This document shows positions 51,440-64,000 of a DNA stretch of 64,000 nt, piece after piece (the stretch's first letter is position 1; each line of letters begins with the position of its first letter). Source of the DNA: Guillardia theta CCMP2712 (Eukaryota; Protista; Cryptophyta); assembly GCF_000315625.1 (NCBI RefSeq), contig NW_005434660.1, positions 825,784 to 889,783 of the forward strand, read 5' to 3'. Position numbers and translations under genes: made by a program. Under the pieces are notes generated by a model, which searched no databases, was not told where the DNA came from, and was given only the letters and a program-made list of their open reading frames with translations.

Positions 51440-54400
51440 TGACAGCAGCTAGTCTGACGTGTCGGCAGAACGGCATGCATACATGCTCGAAGTCGAATCA
51501 TCCTGTCTATCTTGGAGCTATCTTCATCCTCTCTCTTCCTTGCCCCCTCTCTGCCTGACTAAGTCCGCCTCTCTGCCTCCTCAGTTCCCCCTCCTATCTG
51601 GCATCAGCGGTTCCTGACTTTGATGTCCCTCCTTCCTGCCTGTACTTCCCTTCAGTCGCTCTCTCCTGAGATCTGATTCCTTGGGTGATGCCTTTGAAGT
51701 TCTATGAATGTTGCTTCCTGTGATATTGGACTTCAAAGTGTATGAGCGTCGCTCTCTTCTTGAGCGACGCCTCCAGCCGCAGCTGCAGCCGCAGCTATTT
51801 GAATTTGAATGTCTCCCTGTAGCCTTGAAATGCACCCGCCTAGGTGATGATGAGCTCGTCCATGTATCAGCAGCATTATCTGTGGCATTTGTTTCTGACT
51901 AATACTGATGTGCATGCCTCACACCATGCATTTCTAAAATTGAATCCCTGTGGCTGTATATTGACGATTTTGTGGCATAGCAGGAGTCAAATGAAAGCAT
52001 GAAGGACAAAGGAAATGCTGTGAGTGTGGAGTCTGAAAGATGAAAGCGCTTCAAATCTTCAAGGATGGCGGGAAGGAAAGGAAACTTCATCGATTATGCG
52101 CAGGAAATGAAGCTCTCCTGGCAAAAGAATGCGCGTTGAAGGAGAGGAGTGCTATCTGTGCCAAGGACGAGCGAGGGTTGACTCCGATACATGTTGCCTG
52201 CTGCAACCTCAACTCTCAGGCTCCGGACATTGTGGACGCCATAGTCTCGATCGACCCACTCTCCTGCCGTCAGGTGGACAACCTGAAGCAGCTGCCGCTG
52301 CACATCGCGTGCAGGAATGAGGGCGGGGAGGAGGGAGACACCCCCAACGTCGTCAAGTTGGTGAGGGTCCTCGTCAAGTACTACCCCCAGGCCGTGACTG
52401 AAGAGGACATGGATGGGTTGCTGCCTGTTCATTGGGCAATGCGGAACCCTGTCAAGGGCATCAGCGAGGCAGTGGAGCTTCTCCTCAAGATCTACCCTGA
52501 CAGTGCCGTCGCCCAGCCCTACTGCATTGGAGGCCTCGGGGTCGACAGCTTCTGGAACGAGCTGGCTGAGATCTTGAGGAGGACAGACGGGTTGCAACAG
52601 AGGAGGGAAACCTTGTCGAATGCTGTGATCGCCAAGACGAGGTCATGGCCGACGGGGCATTCGAACATGGCGGCGTTCGATTGCGCGTACGAGGACATCA
52701 GGTTCATGTGCCCTGTGCTGCAGATGAAGAGGATCTTCTTCACCGCTCTGAGGGACCGGGTCGCGATGCTCTACAACCAGGGCCAGAAGAGAACGCATAA
52801 AAGGAAGTCCTTGCAGGCGTTTGCCTCCTCTTACTGCGACAAGCTGGTCGGGAAGAAGAGCTCTGCGTCGAGTGAGGAGGGCGTCTCGAGGGCGCACCCG
52901 TCCCTGAGCACGTCCTCCATTTTCACGACAGACAATCTGGTGTTCTACAGAGAGTGGTTGGTGGCATCCTCCGACCTCCCCCAGCTCCTGTTGAATGTGA
53001 AGCACTTGCCGCAGATTTACACCCCCAGTCTGATAGGATCCCTTACTTCCATGCAGGATGCCTGGTACAGGAAGCTGCAGCGGATCGCTCCCAAGGATAT
53101 CCTCGTGCTGCGCGAGCACATGCCGGTGCACCTAGTAGCGGCGCACGAGGGGGAAGACGCGGTGTTGATGCTGGATCTGCTGATGAACCTGGACAAGAGA
53201 GGGATGGAAATGCGCAACTGCCTTGGGCAGAGCCCTCTGCATGTCGCATGCAGCAACGAGAGCGAGTTCGCGGAGGAGTTGGTGTCGAAGATCTTGGAGA
53301 ACAACCCTGAGACAGCCTTTGCGCAAGACCACAAGGGAATGCTCCCCCTCCATCACATCTGCTTGAACAGCGGGCCCGTGGCAGGATCGATAGCAGGCAG
53401 GCTCATCTCTGTGTACGCTCCTGCTGCCCAGGTCGCGGACGACTTCGGTCGCCTCCCCATCGAGTGCATCCCCTTCTCTGCCAGCGACAGCGTCGGAGAG
53501 CTGATCAAGTCTGTGGTGCGAGCGTTCCCTGCGGGAGCAAGGATCCTCGACAAGGAGGGGAACAACATCCTCCACCGGGCGAGCAGGTCGATAGGGCTGA
53601 ATCCCAAGATCCCAGACATCCTTGAGTCTTTCTTGGACCTCAAAATTCGTCCCAACGCATGCTCCCTCTACAACTTCGAGAAGATGCTCCCCATGCACAT
53701 CGCGGCTGTCTCGCAGGAGGAGGACGCGTCTCGGTGCATCGAGATGCTGGCAGACGCTTACATCCCCGGCTCGTGGGCACAGGACGCCAACGGCGACACC
53801 TCCTTGCACATCGCGATCCGCAACAGGAACTTGGAGTCCGTGCGGGTGCTGACAAACAAGGGGAGGGACAAGGCCCAGCACATTCAGAATTCAGAGCACA
53901 AGTTTCCTCTCAACCTCGCGAGCTCTCGAGCTTTCCGTGAGGTGATCTGTCACCGGGGCAACAGCGAGCAGGGCGATACGTTCCCCAGGAGGATTGCGGA
54001 CTTCCTGTCCATCGTCTGGTTCGGCGTGTCCATCGTCGGCACCGTCCGCACAGTGAAGGGGACGAGCTTCTGGTGGTTCCAGATGCAGATTGCGCTGCTG
54101 GTCGCGTGGTTTGCAGTGTCCTTGCTGTACCTTCTTGTGGTGCTGCACGTGATACAGCGGGGGAATTGGGTGTCAAAGTTGATCATCAAGGTCATCCCAG
54201 CGCTCAAGGAGCACCAGGGGTTCCTCTTCATCATGCCGCTCTCCATTCTCCAGGTCTACTTCAACCTCAAGTACTTCGACAGCTTCCAGCTCTCCGACCA
54301 GATCGTCCTCGCGTCAGCGTGCGTGCTCGTCTCGCAGCTCGCGCTGCTGGAGGACGGCTCTCGCTTCCATGCTCTGGAAGTCGTGCAGGGCCTGTCCTAC

Positions 54401-55500
54401 CTCGAGGTCTTTGTCCTCTTCCTCTTCCGTGTCATGGAGTTCATGGCTCGAGTGACCGTGCTCGCCATCGCTGCCCTCGACCTCGTCCACTGCAACGAGG
54501 AGACTTGCACTGTGAAGGAGACGGTGGCTATCATCTTCTTTGTCGAAGTCGCCCTCCTCCTCGTCTTCCTCCGCGTCACAGCCTCTCAAACCTTGCTCAG
54601 CACGGATTTCACAGAGCAGTTCTTCCTTGGAGCTTCCATCGTCTTCAATCTTATGGCTGTGTTCTCCACTCCTCCCCAGACCATGATCACGTATCTGGGG
54701 CTGGTGCAGTCGGAAACAGCCTTCATTGGTAGGGAGGAGGAGGAGCTGAGGATTATTATTGTAATTATCATGATTATCATGCTGATTATCATTATCATGA
54801 TGGTGATGGTGATGGTGATGGTGACAACGACGAAAATGTCCTCTCGATTATTTCCTAAGCATATTTGCAGGAGAAGTCAAGCTCCTCGATGCATTCATCC
54901 TCCTCTCCATCCGCGCCCTCTCCAACTGCGCCTACCTTGCCGTTGCCTACAAGCTGGATCCGGCCTACAGCCTCTGGGAGAATCAGACGAAGACGCTGGT
55001 CATGATCGCTGCCATCATCAGCATACCAGGGCAGATGTTGTTCGCGTACATCCGGTACATCCTGTGGAGCACGATAGAGCAACAGGTGGACGTGCGGTTC
55101 AAGCTCATGAGCAAGAGAGAGAAGATCCTCAACTCGCGCAGTCACGACACGTCGGCCAACGATCAGATGAAGTTGATCAATCACTCCATCCTCACGCTAG
55201 GAAAGTTCTACCTCAACTACCGCGCCAGGATGGAGCGGGAGGAGCAGATTGTCTCTGACAACTCCGCCGTGATCGAGACGGAGCCCGGCATCCCGAAGCG
55301 TATGAAGAGAGCTAGAGGTCGTCTGTCCGCCTGTTGCCCCATTCAGTCCTCTGCTCTGCTCCTCTCCATTCCCGATTGCTCACATGCCCTCTCTTCCTGT
55401 CCTCCCCTCTCCTTCTCTTTTCCCCACAACAAACTCCTGTCTTGCTCTACATCCCATTAACATCTCCCCCCTCCCCCCTCCCCTGCCAAAGATTATCCTT

Positions 55501-55556
<56 letters not shown>

Positions 55557-55824
55557 CCTACACCCCGCCTACCAATCCTCCTCTCTCCTCTTCCTTCTTT
55601 CCGCCATCATCCATGCAACGTCTCTCCTCCTCCTCTTGACTGTCTTGGAGCAGGACGACAGCCGGGCGAGCGTGAAATTCTCCCACTCATGATCCCCGGA
55701 CAGAATTTTGACCCAGAGATGTCGTCGCTGCATGAGATTGTCCCCAAGATCTCGCTGAAAGCCACTGAGACTCCAGGTCATGGAGGATAGTCGGAAAGAG
55801 AAGAGGGGGGACTCGAAGTGTTGA

Positions 55825-55879
<55 letters not shown>

Positions 55880-57760
55880 AGGGTAGGGAAAGGAAGGGGA
55901 AGAGCATGGTCAGAGGTGGTGGAGGATGGATCGAAGGAGGAGGGGGACAGGAGTTGCGAGAATGAGGGCAGCAGCAGCCGGTGACCTGCTGCTGCTGCTG
56001 GTGACCAACTGGAGAAAGGAGAAGGCTTCTTCATGCGATGTGCTTGCTGACGGGATTCACAGGATGCAAATGGGAGGACATTCTTGAGAGCGAGCCTGCC
56101 TTGAGGGGACAGAGTTTTTATATGGACCAGCTGCTCGATCAAGGTAACTAGACTCCGACTCCTTCCTGTCCTCCTCCCGTCCGTCTCCTCTGCTGCCCTT
56201 TCCCAGTCTTCTCGTCCTTTTTTCGCCGTTTGCCTCCTCCTTCCCCCGTCTTCGGGGTACTCCTGTTCCACTCTGTCCCCCACTCCTCCCGCTCCTGCTC
56301 GTGCTCGGGCTCCTGCTTCTCGTGCTCGTGCTCGTGCTCGTGCTCCTGCTACTCCTGTTCCTGTTCTTGCTTCAGCTTGTACTGACTGTCTCTATACCAG
56401 ATGTGTTCGAGGACTTCCGGGAGATCCACGACTCGTTTCTTCCATTAGAGCCAACCTACATGGCGACTGAGGGGTTGGGAAAATTCCTGATGAGGAGCTG
56501 GTATGCTCACTCCCCCCCTCTCTTGAAGCATACCGCTGCTACTTGTGTCCTCTCTTTCTCTCTTCTCTCCCCCTCCCCTTCCCTTTCCTCTTCCTTACCC
56601 TTCTCCTCCCCTGTCTTCTCCTGCTCCCCTCCCCTCCCCCCGCCTCCTTCCCCCACCCTCTTGCCTCCCCTCTCTTTCTCCCTTCTCTTCTTGTTTCCTC
56701 TCCTCTCTTGTCATAGATAGTTGCATCACTCCTTTTTCCTCATCTCTTTCTTGCTCCCTCCTGGTCCTCCTTCTCCTTCTCCTTCTCCTTCTCCTTCTCC
56801 TTCTCCTTCTCTTGCTCGTTCCTCCTCCTCCTCCTTCTCCTCGCCTCTCTCCACTGAATTGTCGATCGCAGGTCGAACGGCATTGTCGTGTGCCAACTTG
56901 TCTTCTCAAACGCACACCTTGACAGGCGAACTTGGATGGTGAGAGGAAAATCTCAGCTCAATCTCTTCCTCCTCGTCCTCCTCCTCTCCCTCAGCTCAAA
57001 CTTCTTCTCCTCCTCCTCCTGCCCTGTCCCTCTCCTCCGGCCTACATGTGCCTCTGGCACTACTTCAAGTTCTTCTCATCCCCTCCATCTCCTCCTTCTC
57101 ATGCCTTCCATTCAGGTCAGAGCGACGCTGCAGAACTCGCTGCATCGGAAGCAACAAATCTCCAAGGCACAGACAGTGAGGACCTACCGAGCCGAGGAGG
57201 TGAAGACTGGAGGGGAAGAGGGGAAGGGCAGGAGCAGGAGCAGAGGAGCAAGAGGGGGGGAGGGGGGGGGGCGAAGGAGGAGGAGGAGGAGGAGGAGGAG
57301 GAGGATCATGAGGGCTGTGGGGTCTGACAGCAGCCGCAGGCTCCGCTTTCCCTCAACCCCATCAGGCTCAAAGTTCTCATCTCAGAGCTCATCCGCTGCT
57401 CTCCCGACCAGATCGAAGTTCACAGCAACGAGCAGCGCGAGCGAGTCCGCACGGACCAGTCAGAGGCCACGATCAGCCTGCTGCCCTCTTCCTCCGTCCT
57501 TGACCGCAGGACCCCCGAGCAGCTGCTGATCGAGATGGAGAGGACGATCATAGAGCTGGGTGAGATGCGGAAACTCTCCTTCCCTCTCTCCCACGTCGTT
57601 CAGGTCGTCCCAGTCGAGCTCCCTCCCTCCCCCTTCCGCGAACACGCCGCAAACTTGGCAGCTGATGTCAGCGCTCTCTCCCTCCCATGGAATGAGCACG
57701 CCGGGGATCAAGACGTGTACGCTGGCGTGATGTACGAGGAGGAGGGGAAGGACAACGAGG

Positions 57761-57821
<61 letters not shown>

Positions 57822-60500
57822 AGAGGACGAGGACGAGGATGAAAAGGTTGAGAATGAAGTTGGAGCGCGTCAAGAGGAGAAAAGAGAAAAACAGGAGGAG
57901 GTGGTGGTGGAGGAGGAGTGGCAGAAGGAGCAGAAGAAGGTTGACACGGGATCAAACGGTGCGAGGGCTCGGCAGGCGGAGGTTCCGGTTCATCAGCAGT
58001 CAAGTCCAGCTGCACCCCAGCTGAGGCCTGAGGTGTCAAACCGAGCGCAGAGGGTGGAAGAGGAGAGGAGGCGGAGGATCGAAGGATCGAGAGCTCCCAG
58101 CATACCTCCAGCTGCCCCCTATCAGCACGGGACGTCGCCGTCTGGCTCGAGCAGCTCAGGACTTCGCGTCTCTTCCCCCTCGCACTTTGTGCACAGATCT
58201 CCCTATACCAACGAAGCGTCATCCTCTCCTCCTCCTCGCGTCTTCAGCCCCTCGCCCTCCCCTGCTCCTCCTCGCGCCTTCAGCCCCCGCTCCTCTGCTG
58301 CTATTCCTGCCTCCCTACAGCTGCATGATCGTCGTTCTCTTCCTAAGTTGCTCCAGAGCAACCGGGAAGATGAGCCACAAACGGTCACGGTCAAGATCTT
58401 TGACAAGCCAGCTGGAGGAGGGACGGGAAGTGGGGCGGAGAGGCGAGGGAGGAGCGAGAAGAGCTCTGTGTTTGCTGCCTTGGACAGGCCGTCAGAGAAG
58501 ATGGAGAGCGAGAAAGAGAGGAAGGAGAAGAAACTTGAGCAGGTCGAGAGGAAGGGACGACCTGATATGGAGCAAGTCAACGGCGCGGGAGTAGCGACGA
58601 GGAGGCCTGTGACAGGAGGGAGCGAGAGGAAGAGCGAGAGACTGCTGGGTCAGAGCTGGAGGCAGGAGCGCGATCAGCAGCNNNNNNNNNNNNNNNNNNN
58701 NNNNNNNNNNNNNNNNNNNNNNNNNNNNNNNNNNNNNNNNNNNNNNNNNNNNNNNNNNNNNNNNNNNNNNNNNNNNNNNNNNNNNNNNNNNNNNNNNNNN
58801 NNNNNNNNNNNNNNNNNNNNNNNNNNNNNNNNNNNNNNNNNNNNNNNNNNNNNNNNNNNNNNNNNNNNNNNNNNNNNNNNNNNNNNNNNNNNNNNNNNNN
58901 NNNNNNNNNNNNNNNNNNNNNNNNNNNNNNNNNNNNNNNNNNNNNNNNNNNNNNNNNNNNNNNNNNNNNNNNNNNNNNNNNNNNNNNNNNNNNNNNNNNN
59001 NNNNNNNNNNNNNNNNNNNNNNNNNNNNNNNNNNNNNNNNNNNNNNNNNNNNNNNNNNNNNNNNNNNNNNNNNNNNNNNNNNNNNNNNNNNNNNNNNNNN
59101 GGTAAGGGTCTCGGCCCGCGACGAGAACAAATTAAGGAAGATGATCAAGGAGAACTGGGCCTGCTACAGAATCTTCCTGGGGCCTGCAAAGATCAATGCG
59201 AAGAAGGGAAAGGAGACCTGAGGTTGGTAACGCTGGTACATGCGGCCCTGTCGCCGTCACCCTCCCCTGCCGCTCACCAGGCGTGCAACAAAGAAAAGAA
59301 ATATCGAAACCGAGTGTTTTCGATCAAAGTCGGAACAGGGAAAAACTCTTTCTTAGTCACAAACCTCCATCAGGTACCTGCGGAAAATGCGATTCGAGAG
59401 CAAGGGGAACTGTGGGCAGAGCTGCTATACCTCGCTCTGGGAACGAGAGAGACACACATCATAGCCGGAGACTTTAATGCAGCAAGAACCAACACAACAG
59501 CGCCGAGGAGTGGAGAGGAGTGGAGAGGAGAGAGTGTAAGGAGGAGGAGAGACGATCTCAGGGGACGGAGAGAGGGAAAGAGACAGGAGGGCGATACGCG
59601 GGAGAAGAATCAGGGGAAAGAGCTGGAGACAGGGCATGAGGCAGGCGGAGGAAGAGGAGGAAGAGGAGAGGGAAGCGGGGGTCAGCAGCAAGTGACTTTT
59701 GCTGCAGTCGAAGGATGGCGACGAGCAAGCGCGCGAGAAGGGAGAGCATCGGAGATCAAGTGGGCGAGTGCGATCGCACAGGAGGAGATCGATAGCGGAA
59801 TTTCCGGTCAGAAGAAGAGGAGGATGGATGAAGAGGGGCGGGTGGGGAGGCAGGAGGTGGCGAAGGAGTAGTGGCACGAGCGGGAGCGGGAGCGGGAAGA
59901 GAAGGAGCAGGAGCAGGAGCAGGAGAAGGAGCAGGAGAAGGAGCAGGAGAAGGAGCAGGAGCAGGAGAAAGAGCAGGGTGGGTGAAGGGGTGGCGGGGGA
60001 GGAAGGAGGAGGACGTCAAGAGAGAGGAGTAGAGACTGATACAGCTTGCAGAGGCATTCCCCATCAGAGGTGAAGGAGACGCAGGAGGAGACGACGGGGA
60101 GCGAGAGGTCAGGAGCTCTCGGGTTGTGAGATATCTTTGCTTATCTCACAGCAGGGACATTCGAAGGAGACTGAAACAGCTCATCAGGAAAGACATCAGA
60201 AGGTTGTTCTTCCTCCTACTCGTCCTCCTCCTTGTCTTTCGCGTAGTCCTCCTCCTCCTTTTCCTTTTCCTCGTCCTTCATCGCCTCCCCTCTCCGCCTC
60301 TCTTGCGTTCTCCTCCTACACCTCTTTGTGTCCTCCCCTTCTTACCCCCGCTCGCCTACTCCAACCTTGTTCGCCTCCTCTTCTCCGCTTCTTAACCCTC
60401 TCCCCCCCCATCTCCTCCTCTCAGGCTGCTGCTCTGCAGGTACAAGTCACAGCGCGACGTCGTTGGGAAAGTAGATCTGCAAGACATCGCCTACGCGTGA
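51440..60500 (+). CDS. Large ankyrin-repeat, multi-pass membrane protein (XK-related-like TM region) with long disordered C terminus (multi-exon; ends approximate)
   Basis: Ankyrin motifs (KDERGLTPIHVAC, LPLHIAC, LGQSPLHVAC, DANGDTSLHIAI) in 52040-53930. Hydrophobic helices in 53990-55070 incl. FRVMEFMARVTVLAIAA. Downstream GT-AG exons continue to YKSQRDVVGKVDLQDIAYA* at 60500. Confidence 0.75.
59101..59490 (+). mobile_element. Degenerate non-LTR retrotransposon (LINE) APE-type endonuclease fragment
   Basis: RVFSIKV...FLVTNLHQVP...LWAEL...THIIAGDFNA matches the EEP/APE endonuclease pattern. The upstream part (VRVSARDENKLRKMIKENWACYRIF) is in another frame. It is flanked by a gap and a purine-rich tract. 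Confidence 0.65.
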
Positions 60501-60759
60501 TTGGAACAACGAGCAGACGACGAGGATGATTGAGGGAGAGCGAGAAAGGAAGGATGATGAGGTGTTGGTGTTGTTGTCGTTGTTGGTGGTGATGATGACG
60601 AATACAACAATGACAAGAGCCACATCATGACAATGATGGTGTCTCAACGATCTCTGATATCATCATCGTCCTCCTTCCTTGCTCGAGTTTGGTTTCAGTT
60701 CTCTTCGCTTCCAAGACGAGCATGTCTGATAAACAATAATCGATCAACTCATAGCCCGT

Positions 60760-62934
60760 CAGGCTGCCTTTTGCTCCACCCGCCCCTGAGACTTGGAGAT
60801 CGCTCCTGCCCTTGCGAGTCAGTCGAAAATAGGGGAGGGAGGACAGCAAGGAACGGACGGGAGGATCTGTAGGAGGTACGAATGCGGTTGGCAGGGAGAG
60901 GATGGAGCGAGGAGGAAGGAGTTGGGAAGAAGCNNNNNNNNNNNNNNNNNNNNNNNNNNNNNNNNNNNNNNNNNNNNNNNNNNNNNNNNNNNNNNNNNNN
61001 NNNNNNNNNNNNNNNNNNNNNNNNNNNNNNNNNNNNNNNNNNNNNNNNNNNNNNNNNNNNNNNNNNNNNNNNNNNNNNNNNNNNNNNNNNNNNNNNNNNN
61101 NNNNNNNNNNNNNNNNNNNNNNNNNNNNNNNNNNNNNNNNNNNNNNNNNNNNNNNNNNNNNNNNNNNNNNNNNNNNNNNNNNNNNNNNNNNNNNNNNNNN
61201 NNNNNNNNNNNNNNNNNNNNNNNNNNNNNNNNNNNNNNNNNNNNNNNNNNNNNNNNNNNNNNNNNNNNNNNNNNNNNNNNNNNNNNNNNNNNNNNNNNNN
61301 NNNNNNNNNNNNNNNNNNNNNNNNNNNNNNNNNNNNNNNNNNNNNNNNNNNNNNNNNNNNNNNNNNNNNNNNNNNNNNNNNNNNNNNNNNNNNNNNNNNN
61401 NNNNNNNNNNNNNNNNNNNNNNNNNNNNNNNNNNNNNNNNNNNNNNNNNNNNNNNNNNNNNNNNNNNNNNNNNNNNNNNNNNNNNNNNNNNNNNNNNNNN
61501 NNNNNNNNNNNNNNNNNNNNNNNNNNNNNNNNNNNNNNNNNNNNNNNNNNNNNNNNNNNNNNNNNNNNNNNNNNNNNNNNNNNNNNNNNNNNNNNNNNNN
61601 NNNNNNNNNNNNNNNNNNNNNNNNNNNNNNNNNNNNNNNNNNNNNNNNNNNNNNNNNNNNNNNNNNNNNNNNNNNNNNNNNNNNNNNNNNNNNNNNNNNN
61701 NNNNNNNNNNNNNNNNNNNNNNNNNNNNNNNNNNNNNNNNNNNNNNNNNNNNNNNNNNNNNNNNNNNNNNNNNNNNNNNNNNNNNNNNNNNNNNNNNNNN
61801 NNNNNNNNNNNNNNNNNNNNNNNNNNNNNNNNNNNNNNNNNNNNNNNNNNNNNNNNNNNNNNNNNNNNNNNNNNNNNNNNNNNNNNNNNNNNNNNNNAGG
61901 AGAGGAGGGGAGAGGAGGGGAGAGGAGGGGAGGGGAGAGGAGAGGAGGGGAGGGGAGGGGAGGGGAGAGCAGAGGAGAGGAGAGGGGATGAGGTTAAGCA
62001 AAACAACAAGGAAGCCGACCAGTTTGAAGGTTAGAGGCATGTGATACAAATCTCTGCAAGCTTTGCCGATGTCTTCGTAGTACCCGACAGGAACTGTGGG
62101 ATGTCAAAGTCAGAGAGAAAACTAGGAGGAGAGGAGAGGCGGAGCGATGGAAGAGAGGCGAAGATGACGCGTTCACATGGGGATGAGAGAAGGAGAGAGG
62201 GGGGCAGAGGTCAGAAATGAGCGATTGGAAGAATATGGGAAGAAATAATGAAGATGAGGATAAAAATAGGGACGAGGGGAGCGAATGGAGAAAGGGAGAG
62301 AGGAGAGGGAGAGAGGAGAGGGAGAGAGGAGCTGCAATGTGGAAAGTTCAACTCACTGAGCCAAAACAACGACCAGAGGGCTGAGTAATGTAAGATTTGC
62401 GTGTTGCTCAGATCCCTTGACGTGAAGTCAGAAGACACAAGATGCTTCTCGTGACTCACTTGTTGAGCTTGAGTTTGCGGAGTACGAGGAGATGGCTGTG
62501 GGGCGGGTGAGGACGAGAAAAGGAGATAAGGAGAGGAAAGAGGTAGAACGAGAGGAGGGAGGGAGGGAGGGAGGGAGGGAGGGAGGGGCTGCATACCTGA
62601 CGTTTGAGACAACATTAGTGAGCATCCACAAGTAACCCTCAAGAGAGAAGGCAAGGTCGTTGAGGGCAGCGACGTAGGCGCCGAAGATAAGGAGGACCAT
62701 GCTGAAGAGAACTCCGTTGGAGGGCGCGGGACCCTGGAGGAGGAGGATGAGAAAATGAGGAGGAAACACATACTTGCCTTCATCAGCAGCCACTCCACCA
62801 GGGTGATGGTGATGGGAGCCAAGTTCCTTAGCATCTGGATACAGAGGGTCAGGCGGGTGAAATGGTTGCTTTGTGTTTGGAGATGATGATGGTGGTGGTG
62901 GTGGTGGTGGTGGTGGTGGTGATGATGATGATGG

Positions 62935-62966
<32 letters not shown>

Positions 62967-64000
62967 ATGATGATGATGATGATGATGATGGAGATGATGA
63001 TGCAGATACGTAAACCTCACCGACATCATGGGAACGGCAAGGGTTCTGATTGCTTGCGTTGAAGAGTACACCATGATAGCTACGATGACATGTCAATTAC
63101 AAACTAGAACGATGATGGGCGGATATTTGAATCAAAACGGGATGAACGTTGTCTCACCGAACAGGGCGCTGTTTGGAAGCATAATGTATGCAGCCTTTGT
63201 GTCAAAGAAAGCGAAAGTCTGCCACCCTGTTTGAACATGGTCAATGTCTTGCTCTTACTTGACACATCCTGGTCACCGAGGTAAACGGCAGGAAAGTACA
63301 ACATGATTCCACAGATGTTCTGGTACATGAGAAGGAGAGTTGAGTAGTTGACATCTGCCAATGCGTCACGTCAGCTCACGAGGTGGTGTTATGTCAAAGA
63401 ACAAAAGCAAGAAAACCAATGTCGTCAATACAAGCAAGACAAGTCATGTCGTCAATGCAAAGAAAAACAAGTCATGTCGTCAATACAAGCAAGACAAGTC
63501 ATGTCGTCAATACAAGCAAGACAAGTCATGTCGTCAATACAAGCAAGACAAGTCATGTCGTCAATACAGCAAGACAAGTCATGTCGTCAATACAAGCAAG
63601 ACAAGTCATGTCGTCAATACAAGCAAGACAAGTCATGTCGTCAATACAAGCAAGACAAGTCATGTCGTCAATACAAGCAAGACAAGTCATGTCGTCACCT
63701 TTGGCCTTGTTGTGTCTGAGCACGTAAGCTTGCGAGATTACCATGTAGATGGATGAACACGCGTATGCCATGACGGGCAAGAAACCCTGGAAGGAGGAGA
63801 GTGAGACGAGGGGCAGCGACATGGTCAAGCCTTATGAGTTATGTGGCCAGTGACAAGCTCCTTCCTACTCTCTTCCCTCCCTTTCCTCTCCCCTCTTCAC
63901 GCATGAACGCTTCCAGGAGCCGTACCTGCCACAAGCTGCGCATGAAAGCAGCTTTCTGCTCTGTATTGCTTTTCATCAGCGACCCTGGCGCTTGCTCGAG
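60760..64000 (-). CDS. Nucleotide-sugar transporter (VRG4/GONST/SLC35D-like, DMT superfamily), 5'-partial; 3' end uncertain because of a gap
   Basis: AYACSSIYMVI, LLLMYQN, MVYSSTQAIRTLAVPMMS, LRNLAPITITLVEW, SMVLLIFGAYVAALNDLAFSLEGYLWMLTN. Confidence 0.82.
63419..63697. repeat. Intronic minisatellite, 27-bp unit x ~10
   Basis: ATGTCGTCAATACAAGCAAGACAAGTC in head-to-tail copies with no spacers. Confidence 0.95.

Noticed and set aside
54729-55258. C-terminal part of the 1072-aa ORF as real coding sequence
   Set aside because: The ORF reads through an ATT/ATG-repeat intron (~54729-54870). The true frame continues in the exon giving MIAAIISIPGQMLFAYIRY.
60700-60830. LIDYCL on the minus strand as a second LINE endonuclease piece
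   Set aside because: The motif is too short and has the wrong orientation relative to the 59101 fragment. The region reads more simply as the transporter's last exon (AISKSQGRVEQKAA*) and 3' UTR.
63419-63697. 27-bp repeat array as a CRISPR
   Set aside because: Units are directly adjacent with no unique spacers, there are no cas genes, and it lies in a eukaryotic intron.

Overview
Eukaryotic nuclear DNA, GC-rich and gene-dense. It has many short (~35-60 nt) spliceosomal introns plus longer introns built from tri/hexanucleotide microsatellites, and seven N-gaps. The style resembles a cryptophyte alga (Guillardia/Hanusia-like); this is an inference from style only. Most long ORFs in the track are microsatellite or gap artefacts, so I reassembled genes by eye across GT-AG junctions, and boundaries are approximate. 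Recognisable genes: an ATRX-like SNF2 remodeller with B-box and PHD fingers, a C2H2+Kelch protein, an IAH1-like SGNH esterase, a SETD3/Rubisco-LSMT-type SET protein, a DnaJ protein, a TBC RabGAP, an AMPK/MARK-family kinase with UBA, a PDZ protein, a PPR protein, a large ankyrin + XK-like membrane protein, and a nucleotide-sugar transporter. There is also a decayed LINE endonuclease fragment. Most notable observations: (i) a protein built from two tandem [pseudokinase + EF-hand-like + Trp-motif helix] modules; (ii) an inverted, divergently transcribed pair of orphan small genes sharing a perfectly identical core; (iii) an intronless protein with six histone-H3K36-like GVKK repeats; (iv) two recurrent non-coding sequence types, TACCCC/GGGGTA clusters and CCGG/GAGTC/CTNAG islands, found almost only upstream of gene starts. 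No rRNA, tRNA or CRISPR was recognised.
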